Shown here piece after piece: positions 32,073-40,049 of a stretch of DNA of 58,914 bases. Position 1 is the stretch's first letter, and each line of letters starts with the position of its first letter. The translations under genes and the position numbers were made by a program. The notes beneath the pieces are model-generated. The model did not search any database and had not been told where the DNA came from. It was given only the letters and a program-made list of their open reading frames with translations. This DNA comes from a virus, in the IMG/VR virus record IMGVR_UViG_3300023283_000071, positions 1 to 58,914 of that record. One strand, written 5' to 3'.

Positions 32073-32360
32073 ATGGCGCAAGCGAGGACTGAAATGCCGA
32101 GCAAATCAGAGAAGCAGGCGCGTACGATGCGTGCGGCAGCGAACGACCGGGAGTTCGCGGACAAGATGGGCATCGATCAGAAGACCGCGCAGGAGTTCGT
32201 CGCGGCCGACAAGAAGAAGCGGAAGAAGGTGCAGTTGAAAAAGGTCAAGGGGGCAATGTCGGAACGCACTCGAGCAAGGCATGGCCGCGCCAGCCAGACG
32301 GTGACCAAGGGTGGCGTGAAGTATCCGCGCAAGCACAAGAAGAAGGGGCGCGGCGGCTAA
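32073..32360 (+). CDS. Small basic protein (MPSKSEKQARTMRAAA N-terminus, DUF3008-like)
   Basis: 95-codon ORF. The real start may be the ATG at 32094. It is followed by the hairpin CCGAGTTCC-ttcg-GGAACCGG (32363-32383). Confidence 0.5.
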   Translation: MAQARTEMPSKSEKQARTMRAAANDREFADKMGIDQKTAQEFVAADKKKRKKVQLKKVKGAMSERTRARHGRASQTVTKGGVKYPRKHKKKGRGG

Positions 32361-32691
32361 CCGAGTTCCTTCGGGAACCGGCCTCCGCGCGGCAACGGGC
32401 CGGAGAAGGGTCGCTCCCGGATCCGGCTCCAGCCGCCGCCCGAACCCACGGGTGTCCGGTGAGGGTCGAATGGGTCCATGGCTGAGACGCGCAGCGTGGG
32501 AGTCGGCGTCGCTCGCCGATAGATCCAGCCGGAGCGGAAGTCGTTATTGACCCGGTACAAAGGGGGCTGTACCATCGAGGGATGGACGACATCTGGACGG
32601 AACTGGCAAGGCGCGGAATCGTCCGCCGGCCCCACCCCGGCCGCCGCCGAAGCGCCGGCCGCGGCGGCGAGACGGACCGACTCGGTACGTG

Positions 32692-32838
32692 ATGCCGAAA
32701 GTGCAGGCCATGCCGGCGGACTATGAGTGGCTCGCCTCGATGGTGGTGCGGATTCTCGGCTACCGCCAGGCGTTCGCCGGAAGCTACAGCCGTCAAGCCC
32801 ACGACACCATGGCGGCGTGGCGGAACAGGAGGTACTGA
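32692..32838 (+). CDS. Possible 48-aa protein (not in the ORF track)
   Basis: MPKVQAMPADYEWLASMVVRILGYRQAFAGSYSRQAHDTMAAWRNRRY. Its TGA shares one nt with the next ATG (TGATG). Confidence 0.3.
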   Translation: MPKVQAMPADYEWLASMVVRILGYRQAFAGSYSRQAHDTMAAWRNRRY

Positions 32839-33179
32839 TGGGCGACAAGCTGAGCGAGGGGACGAAGGAGGCACTGCACCAGGGAGCCGAGCTGCGAGAC
32901 GCCATGCGCAGGGACCGCGAGCAAGCCGTTGAGGAGGAGCTGACGAAGGCGTCCCCTCAGCTTCACGGCGTGAGCCGAGGGCAGTGGGCCTTCGGCTGCG
33001 GCGTCCACAACGACAGGGTGGTCATGCACTTCCCGGATCCGAAGCCCTATGTCGGCCTCGTTCCCGAGGCCGCCGCCGATGTCGCGGGCCGCGTTCTCGG
33101 CCAGGTCGCCGTGGCACGCAGCCGGTCGCTCGAGGTGCACGTCAGTCCTGACGGGCGATGGGACGTGATCTGGCGCTGA
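32838..33179 (+). CDS. Hypothetical protein
   Basis: ATG at 32838 preceded by AGGAGG. Confidence 0.6.
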   Translation: MGDKLSEGTKEALHQGAELRDAMRRDREQAVEEELTKASPQLHGVSRGQWAFGCGVHNDRVVMHFPDPKPYVGLVPEAAADVAGRVLGQVAVARSRSLEVHVSPDGRWDVIWR

Positions 33180-33364
33180 TGGATCTGCGAGCACAATGGG
33201 CTGAGGTGTCTGGGTATTCAGTGATGACTCCGCTTCAGCAGAAAGTAGTCGAGATGGACGTCTGCCCTCATTGTCATATTCGTTCATTGCGCGAGATCCC
33301 GCTCGAACCATCAATCCTGAAGTTCAAGCAGTGCGGAAAATGCAAATGCCTATTCATCACGTGA
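33179..33364 (+). CDS. Small zinc-ribbon protein
   Basis: Start at 33179 overlaps the upstream TGA by one nt (TGATG). CPHC...CGKC. Confidence 0.55.
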   Translation: MDLRAQWAEVSGYSVMTPLQQKVVEMDVCPHCHIRSLREIPLEPSILKFKQCGKCKCLFIT

Positions 33365-33714
33365 AGCTGCCTTTCGTGGTCATCAAGGGGCCTGGCGAGT
33401 CCCATTTGCTGCACTACGATCTTGGGGTGAACGTGATCGCGAGCGCACCGGAGGTGATGCTGTGGTCGAAACTGATGGAGGCACGCCGGGTGGTGGAGAG
33501 GCTTCACGATCAAATCGTCGCGACGGGACTTCCCTGCACGTGCGAGGAGAAGATCGACTACGCCTGTCCGAGGCACGAGGCGAAGAAGTTTCTGAGGGAA
33601 TTCAGCCTGGCGTCAAACGAGCCGCGGCAACAGTCGTCGCGGCGATCCTCCTCGCATTCGGATTCTTCTCCTCCATCGGGCTCGTCGTCTTCTGTGGAGC
33701 AATCCTCGTCATAG
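33361..33714 (+). CDS. Hypothetical protein whose 3' end probably continues in another frame (hydrophobic tail ending at 33737)
   Basis: GTGA-coupled start at 33361. After about 33600 this frame becomes Ser-rich low complexity. The -1 frame instead encodes AAATVVAAILLAFGFFSSIGLVVFCGAILVIAAITLVW and ends in a TGATG junction with the next gene. Confidence 0.45.
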   Translation: MKLPFVVIKGPGESHLLHYDLGVNVIASAPEVMLWSKLMEARRVVERLHDQIVATGLPCTCEEKIDYACPRHEAKKFLREFSLASNEPRQQSSRRSSSHSDSSPPSGSSSSVEQSSS

Positions 33715-33736
33715 CGGCGATAACGCTCGTTTGGTG

Positions 33737-34003
33737 ATGAAAGTCACGATAGAAACAGCCTCCAGGCTGGCGTGTTGCGGACCAGAGGGTTGCGGGCGAC
33801 ACGAGCGGTTCGAGGGACGCCCCGTGCGTTTCTGCGTATCCGAGAAGTGCATGGCGTGGCGTCCGGCAGGGGAGAACACGGCGGGGTTCGAGGTAGGGTA
33901 TTGCGGATTGGCCGGTCCGCCGTTGGAGGATCTGCTACATGACGAAGGCGAAGAAGTCCCGATCCCGTCTCCTTACGGAGGACGAGATGAGGGCCGTCAT
34001 TGA
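33737..34003 (+). CDS. Hypothetical Cys-rich small protein
   Basis: ATG at 33737. CCGPEGCG...CVSEKC...YCG. The 3' end overlaps the next gene by 65 nt, so its extent is uncertain. Confidence 0.4.
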   Translation: MKVTIETASRLACCGPEGCGRHERFEGRPVRFCVSEKCMAWRPAGENTAGFEVGYCGLAGPPLEDLLHDEGEEVPIPSPYGGRDEGRH

Positions 34004-34178
34004 GGATGCCTGCCTCAATCTGACCAACGCTACCGTGGCTCGCAAGATCGGCGTAGGGAAGCAACTGATCACGGAGATTCTGAATCTTCGCTCCGGGATC
34101 TCGGATCGTGTCGCCGGGGCTCTCGGATACGAGCGCCTAATCATGTACCGCAAGATCGGTAAGGGGGTTCTGGATTGA
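33939..34178 (+). CDS. Small HTH DNA-binding protein
   Basis: ATG at 33939, 10 nt after GGAGGA. NLTNATVARKIGVGKQLITEILN is an HTH-like segment. Confidence 0.6.
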   Translation: MTKAKKSRSRLLTEDEMRAVIEDACLNLTNATVARKIGVGKQLITEILNLRSGISDRVAGALGYERLIMYRKIGKGVLD

Positions 34179-34357
34179 GTGACGAGAAGAAATACCGAGA
34201 GGCGTGCCTGGTCGTTCTGGCGGGCCTGATCGCGAAACAGCCGGGGGCGGTGCAACCCGGTGACTACGCGAGAATCGCGAAGATGGCTTGCGAGATGGCG
34301 ACCGAGTTCGAGCGCGCCTATGCCGCCTACTCCCGGATGCACTTCGAGGAGGGTTGA
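34175..34357 (+). CDS. Hypothetical small protein
   Basis: 60-codon ORF with a TTG start overlapping the upstream stop. Confidence 0.45.
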   Translation: MSDEKKYREACLVVLAGLIAKQPGAVQPGDYARIAKMACEMATEFERAYAAYSRMHFEEG

Positions 34358-34579
34358 ATGCCCCGAGTGATCAAGATCACTCCGGACGTCGTCACTGGAG
34401 AAGGAGATGCCGTGATGGTTCCGGAAGCCGACGCGACTCTCTCCGATACGATGGAGCTTCTGGTCGGGTGGCTGCGAGAGGCGCCGGTTGATACGGAGGT
34501 TGTGATCAAGGTCCAGGACATGGAGTTCGACGAGATCGTTAGGCTCGTTGGGGCCGAGCAGGTTGGAGAGTACGTGTGA
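34358..34579 (+). CDS. Hypothetical small acidic protein
   Basis: 73-codon ORF abutting its neighbours. Confidence 0.5.
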   Translation: MPRVIKITPDVVTGEGDAVMVPEADATLSDTMELLVGWLREAPVDTEVVIKVQDMEFDEIVRLVGAEQVGEYV

Positions 34580-34800
34580 AGGAGTCCACGCTTGACCAGT
34601 GCCTTCAGGCTGCCAGGCGCGAGTTCGCGATGAGGGAAGGGGTTTACCCGCGCGCGATCGCGAGGGGCGCCATGACGCGGGAAGAATCGGAACATCAGTT
34701 GGCCTGCATGAGGCAGATCATTCGCATCCTCGAGCGAATGGGGAATGTCCCGAATGTCGATCTTGCACGCGCCCCAACCGAACAACCGCGTTTGCTCTGA
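34576..34800 (+). CDS. Hypothetical small protein
   Basis: 74-codon ORF with 4-nt overlap coupling. Confidence 0.5.
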   Translation: MKESTLDQCLQAARREFAMREGVYPRAIARGAMTREESEHQLACMRQIIRILERMGNVPNVDLARAPTEQPRLL

Positions 34801-35454
34801 GTGATCGAGGTTCGCGTCAGCGCCGAAATCCGGTCCGCGGCAGAGGAGCGGGCCTCCAGGATCACTTCCCACCGAACAGTAACCAGCCATAAGAACTACA
34901 CCGGCCTCGAGCTTGATGGCCGATACACCCAGGGCTCACTCGGCGAGCTCGTCGTAGAGCGGTACCTGGAATCCCTGCATATCTGGTTCAAATCGGAGCG
35001 TCCGGTAGGGCGCTCGGACAACTTCGACTTCGTGATCGATCACTACCGGGTGGGGAGGATCTTCGTGGACGTGAAATCCTCCAAGGACGATGGCGACATG
35101 CTGATAAATGCGGCACAGTTCGAGCGAGCGGGGACGGCCGGACCCTCGAAAGCATACGTCGGGGTGGTGCTAGGGCGTGACAATGCCCTGATTCGTGGCT
35201 ACATTACCTCCAGAGAGGTGCCGAGATTCCCGCTCAGGAAACTGAAAAGTCCTGCGTACTGCGTCCCGTACGAGGAATTGCGGCCGATGGAGGCGCTGTT
35301 GAAGCACTGCCGGAAGGTCGGTAAAGCATGGTCCTACCGCCTGCCAGGAGGAGGCGGGGGGACATTCATTCCAGGAACGCACCTTGACGAGGACTCCGTA
35401 CGCTCTGTGCTGACCGAACGTCACGGTGTGCCCCCGGAGTTTCTGGAGCGCTGA
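34801..35454 (+). CDS. Putative PD-(D/E)xK-fold nuclease
   Basis: GELVVERYL....DNFDFVIDHYRVGRIFVDVKSSK gives an E...D...(D)xK arrangement. Assigned by eye only. Confidence 0.4.
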   Translation: MIEVRVSAEIRSAAEERASRITSHRTVTSHKNYTGLELDGRYTQGSLGELVVERYLESLHIWFKSERPVGRSDNFDFVIDHYRVGRIFVDVKSSKDDGDMLINAAQFERAGTAGPSKAYVGVVLGRDNALIRGYITSREVPRFPLRKLKSPAYCVPYEELRPMEALLKHCRKVGKAWSYRLPGGGGGTFIPGTHLDEDSVRSVLTERHGVPPEFLER

Positions 35455-35456
35455 AC

Positions 35457-35645
35457 ATGAGTTTCCGCCTCTACCCGGTCTACAAGGGGAAAAGCGGGGA
35501 ATGTATCAGTCGCGAATTCGTCTTCGAGCCCCAACCGTCAGGCCCCGATCTCGGCTACCGATCATCGCAGCTCTACCGCCCAGAGGAGGAGTCCGGGCCG
35601 GAGAGTGTGATTCACATCAAGCCAGAGGATTTGCGTCGTGAGTAG
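35457..35645 (+). CDS. Hypothetical small protein
   Basis: 62-codon ORF. Confidence 0.45.
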   Translation: MSFRLYPVYKGKSGECISREFVFEPQPSGPDLGYRSSQLYRPEEESGPESVIHIKPEDLRRE

Positions 35646-36243
35646 CCTCGAGGCGGCCTTGCCCGTCGTGTTCTCGCATGAGGTCGGCTGGCACTGGCAA
35701 AGCGGCGGGTTCACCGACGATCCGAACGATCCGGGCGGGCCGACGAAGTGGGGGGTGTCGCTGCGCTGGCTGCGAACGCTCGGTGACGACGACGGAGACG
35801 GCTGGCTGGACGGCGATCTCGATCGGGATGGGGACGTGGACGTGAACGACATTCGCGCCCTGGACCGGGAAGATGCCGCGGGCTTCTACGGCCAGCAGTG
35901 GTGGGACCGCTACGGCTACGACCGGATCGCCGAGCAGAAGTTGGCGACAAAGGTGCTGGATCTCGCTATCAACATGGGCGCCGGCCGCGCACACCGACTC
36001 CTGCAGCAGGCGGTTCGGGGGGCGAACAACACCGAGCTGAAGGTCGATGGCATCATTGGCCCGAGGACGCTCGCTGCGGCGAACGACATCCATGTGCCGG
36101 TGATCATCGCGGCCTACCGGGGCGAGGCCGCCGGCTATTACCGCGAGCTCGTGGCGGTGCGCAACGTAGAGCTCCGTCACGGCGAGGAGAAGCCGCCGCG
36201 GGCGCAGTACCTCGCAGGCTGGCTCAATCGGGCCTACTGGTGA
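35638..36243 (+). CDS. GH108-type N-acetylmuramidase endolysin with a C-terminal peptidoglycan-binding-like segment and an inserted Ca-binding (EF-hand/dockerin-like) loop pair
   Basis: SHEVGW....DDPNDPGGPTKWGV (the GH108 E...DPGG.T.yGI motif), then DDDGDGWLDGDLDRDGDVDVNDI, then FYGQQWWDRY and GIIGPRTL blocks. Confidence 0.8.
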   Translation: MSSLEAALPVVFSHEVGWHWQSGGFTDDPNDPGGPTKWGVSLRWLRTLGDDDGDGWLDGDLDRDGDVDVNDIRALDREDAAGFYGQQWWDRYGYDRIAEQKLATKVLDLAINMGAGRAHRLLQQAVRGANNTELKVDGIIGPRTLAAANDIHVPVIIAAYRGEAAGYYRELVAVRNVELRHGEEKPPRAQYLAGWLNRAYW

Positions 36244-36254
36244 GAGGAGGCGGC

Positions 36255-36581
36255 ATGAGATTGGTTCTGGTGGCGGCCATCGTGGTCGCGGTGGTGATGC
36301 TGCTCGGCTGCGCCTCAACGGGCGGCGAGCGATCGCAGCCCGACTACGGTATCGATCTGGGCCACGCGGTCGTGATCGGCCTCTGCGAGATCGGGGCCGG
36401 GATCGTCGAGGCGGTCGATGGTCGGTTGGTGCTGACCTACGGCCCGGAGGCGACCATGCGCCAGGAGGCGCTGGCCGCGCGGGCCGAGGCAGGTGACGTG
36501 GAGGTGTCTTCATGGGATCTGGATTTCATGCGCGGCGGCTTGTTCGCCTGCCGGCAGGACATCGGGGGATCGGCGCTGTGA
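36255..36581 (+). CDS. Lipoprotein (spanin-like candidate)
   Basis: ATG at 36255 after GAGGAGG. MRLVLVAAIVVAVVMLLGCAST has the lipobox LLGC. Confidence 0.65.
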   Translation: MRLVLVAAIVVAVVMLLGCASTGGERSQPDYGIDLGHAVVIGLCEIGAGIVEAVDGRLVLTYGPEATMRQEALAARAEAGDVEVSSWDLDFMRGGLFACRQDIGGSAL

Positions 36582-36880
36582 GGGCCGGCCTGCTGCTCGG
36601 CACGCTGCTCGCCCTCGCCGGCTGCTCGACGCCCGGCTCCGTCTACCAGCACGCGCCCGACGCCTATGCGCGGATCGCGGAGATCTGCGGGGACGTGGAC
36701 ACGACGGCGGTCGCTGAGCTGGCGAGCCCCGTCGCCGGCGCCGGCACCGCCTGCACCTGCCTCCTCGCGACCCGCGGCGACCTGCCGGACGGAGTGGTGC
36801 TCGAGTACCAGCACACCGAGTCGGGGCGGGTGTGCCGGGGCAGCGTCGGGGCGGGCGAGGCGGATCCGCCGGACGAGTGA
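36578..36880 (+). CDS. Second lipoprotein (spanin-like candidate)
   Basis: GTGA-coupled GTG at 36578. VRAGLLLGTLLALAGCSTPG has the lipobox LAGC. Confidence 0.6.
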   Translation: MRAGLLLGTLLALAGCSTPGSVYQHAPDAYARIAEICGDVDTTAVAELASPVAGAGTACTCLLATRGDLPDGVVLEYQHTESGRVCRGSVGAGEADPPDE

Positions 36881-36889
36881 TATGCTGTC

Positions 36890-37288
36890 TTGGGAGGCTC
36901 GTGCGGTGAAGGCGATGCTGCGGGGGCTGCCGTGACCGATCGTCCTGAGGACCCCCTTGTGGTGATACGGCGTTCTCAGGCCGCGATCGATGCCGAGGCG
37001 CTGAGTCGGGCGATGCGCGCGGAGACGCTGATCGAGCAACACATGTCAGAGTGTGCCGAGCAACGCAAACGGCAGCGCGAGGATTTCGTCGACCTGCGCG
37101 CCGCCATCGACGGGAAGCACGAGCGGGTGCTGGAGGGGATTAATGGCGTCCACACACGTGTAGACGAGCTCCATGGCCGCTGGTGGCGAGGCATGGGGCT
37201 GGCCCTCATGGGACTCCTGACCGCCGTTCTTGGCCTCGTCTCCCTGGTTGGCTACCTGTTGGTCCACGGGGCGCCTTGGGCGTCCTAG
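36890..37288 (+). CDS. Coiled-coil protein with a single C-terminal transmembrane helix (lysis-cassette membrane protein; holin or spanin role unresolved)
   Basis: C-terminal WWRGMGLALMGLLTAVLGLVSLVGYLLV. The start is uncertain (a GTG at 36934 is possible). Confidence 0.5.
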   Translation: MGGSCGEGDAAGAAVTDRPEDPLVVIRRSQAAIDAEALSRAMRAETLIEQHMSECAEQRKRQREDFVDLRAAIDGKHERVLEGINGVHTRVDELHGRWWRGMGLALMGLLTAVLGLVSLVGYLLVHGAPWAS

Positions 37289-37298
37289 CAGGGTTGAC

Positions 37299-37907
37299 AT
37301 GCCGAGCAAGCACAGAAACCACAACGGGCTGACCGACGAGGAGCAGGTGATCGCGGATGTCTACCTGTGCGATCCGGCGAAGAACAAGACGGCAGCCTAC
37401 CTCACCGTATTCGAGGGGCGGTGCAAGCGCACGACGGCTCACGCCAAGGCGTACGAGTTCTTCAAGCGTCCTCACGTGAGAGCGTACGTCGAGGAGGAGC
37501 TCGCCGCAGAGAAAGAACAGCACCAGATCTCGAATCAGCGAATCGAGCAGGCCATGGCCGAGATCGCGTTTTTCGATCCGTCCATGTTGTTCGACGACGA
37601 GGGGCGGACACTTCCCGTCAGAGACATGGACGAGGCGACCAGGAGGGTGATCTCCAGTATCGACGAGGAGCCGATCTTCTTGGGGCGCGGCGAGGGAAGG
37701 GCTCTGGTCGAGAAGAAACTGAAGGTGAAGACTCACTCAAAGACGGAGATGCTCACGTCCCTCGCCCGCATTCGCGGTATGTTCAAGGACTCCATGGAGG
37801 TCAAGGGTGACGTCCTCGACAAGCTACTATCACGAGCGGCTGAGACCCCGGTGGGACCGCCCTCCGTCCGGGGACGCACTTCTGGATCCGATCTGGAGAC
37901 TGAATAA
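37299..37907 (+). CDS. terS: Terminase small subunit
   Basis: The ATG at 37299 follows the upstream stop at 37288. LTDEEQVIADVYLCDPAKNKTAAY...AKAYEFFKRPHVRAYVEEE resembles the Terminase_2-type N-terminal HTH. It sits immediately upstream of terL. Confidence 0.7.
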   Translation: MPSKHRNHNGLTDEEQVIADVYLCDPAKNKTAAYLTVFEGRCKRTTAHAKAYEFFKRPHVRAYVEEELAAEKEQHQISNQRIEQAMAEIAFFDPSMLFDDEGRTLPVRDMDEATRRVISSIDEEPIFLGRGEGRALVEKKLKVKTHSKTEMLTSLARIRGMFKDSMEVKGDVLDKLLSRAAETPVGPPSVRGRTSGSDLETE

Positions 37908-39405
37908 TCTCTACTACGTCACGGACAACGACGCCAACCGATTCCAGTTCCACCCGAAGGAGGGAATGTATCGTCTCTATTTCGAGATGTGGTGGAGGAA
38001 CGCCCTCCTGAAAGCCCGGCAGTATGGCTACACGACCTTCATCGATCTCTGGTTCCTCGATCAGTGCATGTTTCACCCGAACGTCCGCGCGTGCATCATC
38101 GCCCACCATATTGATGATGCGAAGGTGATCTTTCGGGACAAGATCAAGTATCCCTATCAGAACCTGGCGAAGGCGGACGAGGGCACCCCTTTCCATGAAG
38201 ACTTCATGACCCTTCACGAGGGGTTGATGGAGCGAATCCCGCTGGTGCAGGAAACCACAGAGCAGATCGTGTTCGGGAACAACTCGGCGATCAGGGTCAC
38301 CACATCCGGCCGGTCTGGAAACGTCCAGCTACTGCACGTCTCCGAATACGGGAAAATGTCGGCGAAGTACCCGGACAAGGCCCGAGAGGTCAGAATCGGC
38401 TCGTTTCCGGCGGCCAAGAACGGCACGATAATCATAGAGAGCACGGCTGAGGGGAACGAGGGCGAATTCTACGATCTTTGCACGAGGGCAATGACGGATA
38501 CGGAACTACAAGACAAGAACCAGAGATACCTCACCCGGGCCGACTTCAAGTTCCAGTTCCACCCGTGGTGGGAAGACAACGACTACCGTATGGACGCCGA
38601 GAACATTCTGATCACCCCGAGGCTTCGCACGTATTTCGAGGAGCTGGAGGGCATGGGGATCGAACTCGACGACGAACAGAAAGCGTGGTACGTCGCCAAC
38701 GAGCGCATCTATGGCGACGACATGAAAAACGAGTTTCCGTCGCATCCTCAGGAGGCGTTCGAGGCAAGCCTTCAGGGAGCCTACTTCCGTACCCTGCTGA
38801 TTCAGGCCAGGCACGAGGGGCGGGTCACGAAGATTCGGGCGCACGACGCAATTCCCGTGGACACCTGGTGGGATCTGGGTGTCGATGGCATGACCGCAAT
38901 CTGGTTTTCGCAGACCGTGGGAAGGGAGATCCACTTCATCTACTACATGGAGGACAACCGGGTCGGCTTCGACTACTACGCGCGCGTGCTCAGGGAGTTG
39001 TCCGAACAGTTCGGATGGCAGTACGGAAGACACGTCGGTCCGCATGATCTCGAAGTCCTCGAGATGGGCCCGTCGAAGACAAGGAAGGAGTCTGCCTTCG
39101 AGCGTGGCATCGCCTTCGAGACCACTCCGAGGGTCCAGGACAAGGCGGACTCGATAGAGGCGGCCTGCAACCTGATCGCCTACTGCTGGTGGGACGAGGA
39201 GCATACCTCGGAGGGGCTGAAGGCTCTCGAAAATTACCGGCGCGAGTGGGACGAGGATAAGGCGACGTACAAGCACCGGCCCCTCGCGAACTGGGCCGCA
39301 CACGGGGCCGACGCCTTCCAGACCGCAGGGCTGATGCACGAGTTTCGATCCCTGGCGGGGCGGGCGCCTAAGATCGAGGTTGTAAACAGCGACGCTTGGA
39401 CGTAA
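37807..39405 (+). CDS. terL: Terminase large subunit
   Basis: P-loop-like LLKARQYGYTT, Walker B-like VQLLHVSEYG, and the nuclease block WWDLGVDGMTAIWF. The 5' end overlaps terS by 100 nt, so the start is uncertain. Confidence 0.85.
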   Translation: MTSSTSYYHERLRPRWDRPPSGDALLDPIWRLNNLYYVTDNDANRFQFHPKEGMYRLYFEMWWRNALLKARQYGYTTFIDLWFLDQCMFHPNVRACIIAHHIDDAKVIFRDKIKYPYQNLAKADEGTPFHEDFMTLHEGLMERIPLVQETTEQIVFGNNSAIRVTTSGRSGNVQLLHVSEYGKMSAKYPDKAREVRIGSFPAAKNGTIIIESTAEGNEGEFYDLCTRAMTDTELQDKNQRYLTRADFKFQFHPWWEDNDYRMDAENILITPRLRTYFEELEGMGIELDDEQKAWYVANERIYGDDMKNEFPSHPQEAFEASLQGAYFRTLLIQARHEGRVTKIRAHDAIPVDTWWDLGVDGMTAIWFSQTVGREIHFIYYMEDNRVGFDYYARVLRELSEQFGWQYGRHVGPHDLEVLEMGPSKTRKESAFERGIAFETTPRVQDKADSIEAACNLIAYCWWDEEHTSEGLKALENYRREWDEDKATYKHRPLANWAAHGADAFQTAGLMHEFRSLAGRAPKIEVVNSDAWT

Positions 39406-39461
39406 TTTCAGGGTGTCTGGGCATTTCTGCCCACAGACTCGACCACGAGGAGGATCGAACG

Positions 39462-39638
39462 ATGGAAGGACCGAGATACGGGATGCCGAAGGACGGGAAC
39501 TACTCGAACAAGTGCGCGCCGGGCGTGAAGCCCGGGCACAACGACAAGGAGCGCACCCACGGGAAGGATCCCGGCCAGGGCGGCGGGGTGCACTCCGGCG
39601 GCCCGCAGAAGCGCCAGAAGATGCACGGCGGTTACTGA
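39462..39638 (+). CDS. Hypothetical small basic Gly-rich protein
   Basis: ATG at 39462 preceded by GAGGAGGA. The track start at 39396 is a TTG inside the terL 3' end. Confidence 0.5.
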   Translation: MEGPRYGMPKDGNYSNKCAPGVKPGHNDKERTHGKDPGQGGGVHSGGPQKRQKMHGGY

Positions 39639-39662
39639 ACGGCGCGAGGGACGTAGGACGCC

Positions 39663-40049
39663 ATGGCGGTCGAGCCTCCATCTGACGGGGACCTGCTCGA
39701 CGCCATGGCGTCCCTGCTGTCCAGGTTCTCCGACGCCGACAAGGGACACGACATAGCTCCGGAGGAAATGAAGGTGCGCAAGGACGGGATCCTGATCGCG
39801 CGCAGCCGGAGTGACCCTTGCATGGTGATGTTCCACTTCGTCACCCCGGACGACTACGAGGTCAGGATCGAGTTCGACACGGAAGCCGCAAGGGGCGAGG
39901 GGCGCCCCTACATCGACCGGGTCATGTCGTCACTGCTTGACCGTCTCGAGAAAAACCGTTCACGCCGCAGTCCGCTCATCCTGCCGTCGAGATCCCCGAT
40001 GAGCGTCAAGACCACCCTCACGAAGGCCGATCGGAAGCTCCTGCATTGA
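39663..40049 (+). CDS. Hypothetical protein
   Basis: 128-codon ORF between terL and the portal gene. Confidence 0.55.
   Translation: MAVEPPSDGDLLDAMASLLSRFSDADKGHDIAPEEMKVRKDGILIARSRSDPCMVMFHFVTPDDYEVRIEFDTEAARGEGRPYIDRVMSSLLDRLEKNRSRRSPLILPSRSPMSVKTTLTKADRKLLH

Noticed and set aside
32361-32691. Possible tRNA or other structured RNA in the 330-nt gap after 32360 (a GGTCGAAT-like stretch, plus the hairpins CCGAGTTCC/GGAACCGG and GGTACA/TGTACC).
   Set aside because: I could not fold a cloverleaf with acceptor, D and T arms on either strand. The hairpins are short and not followed by T-tracts.
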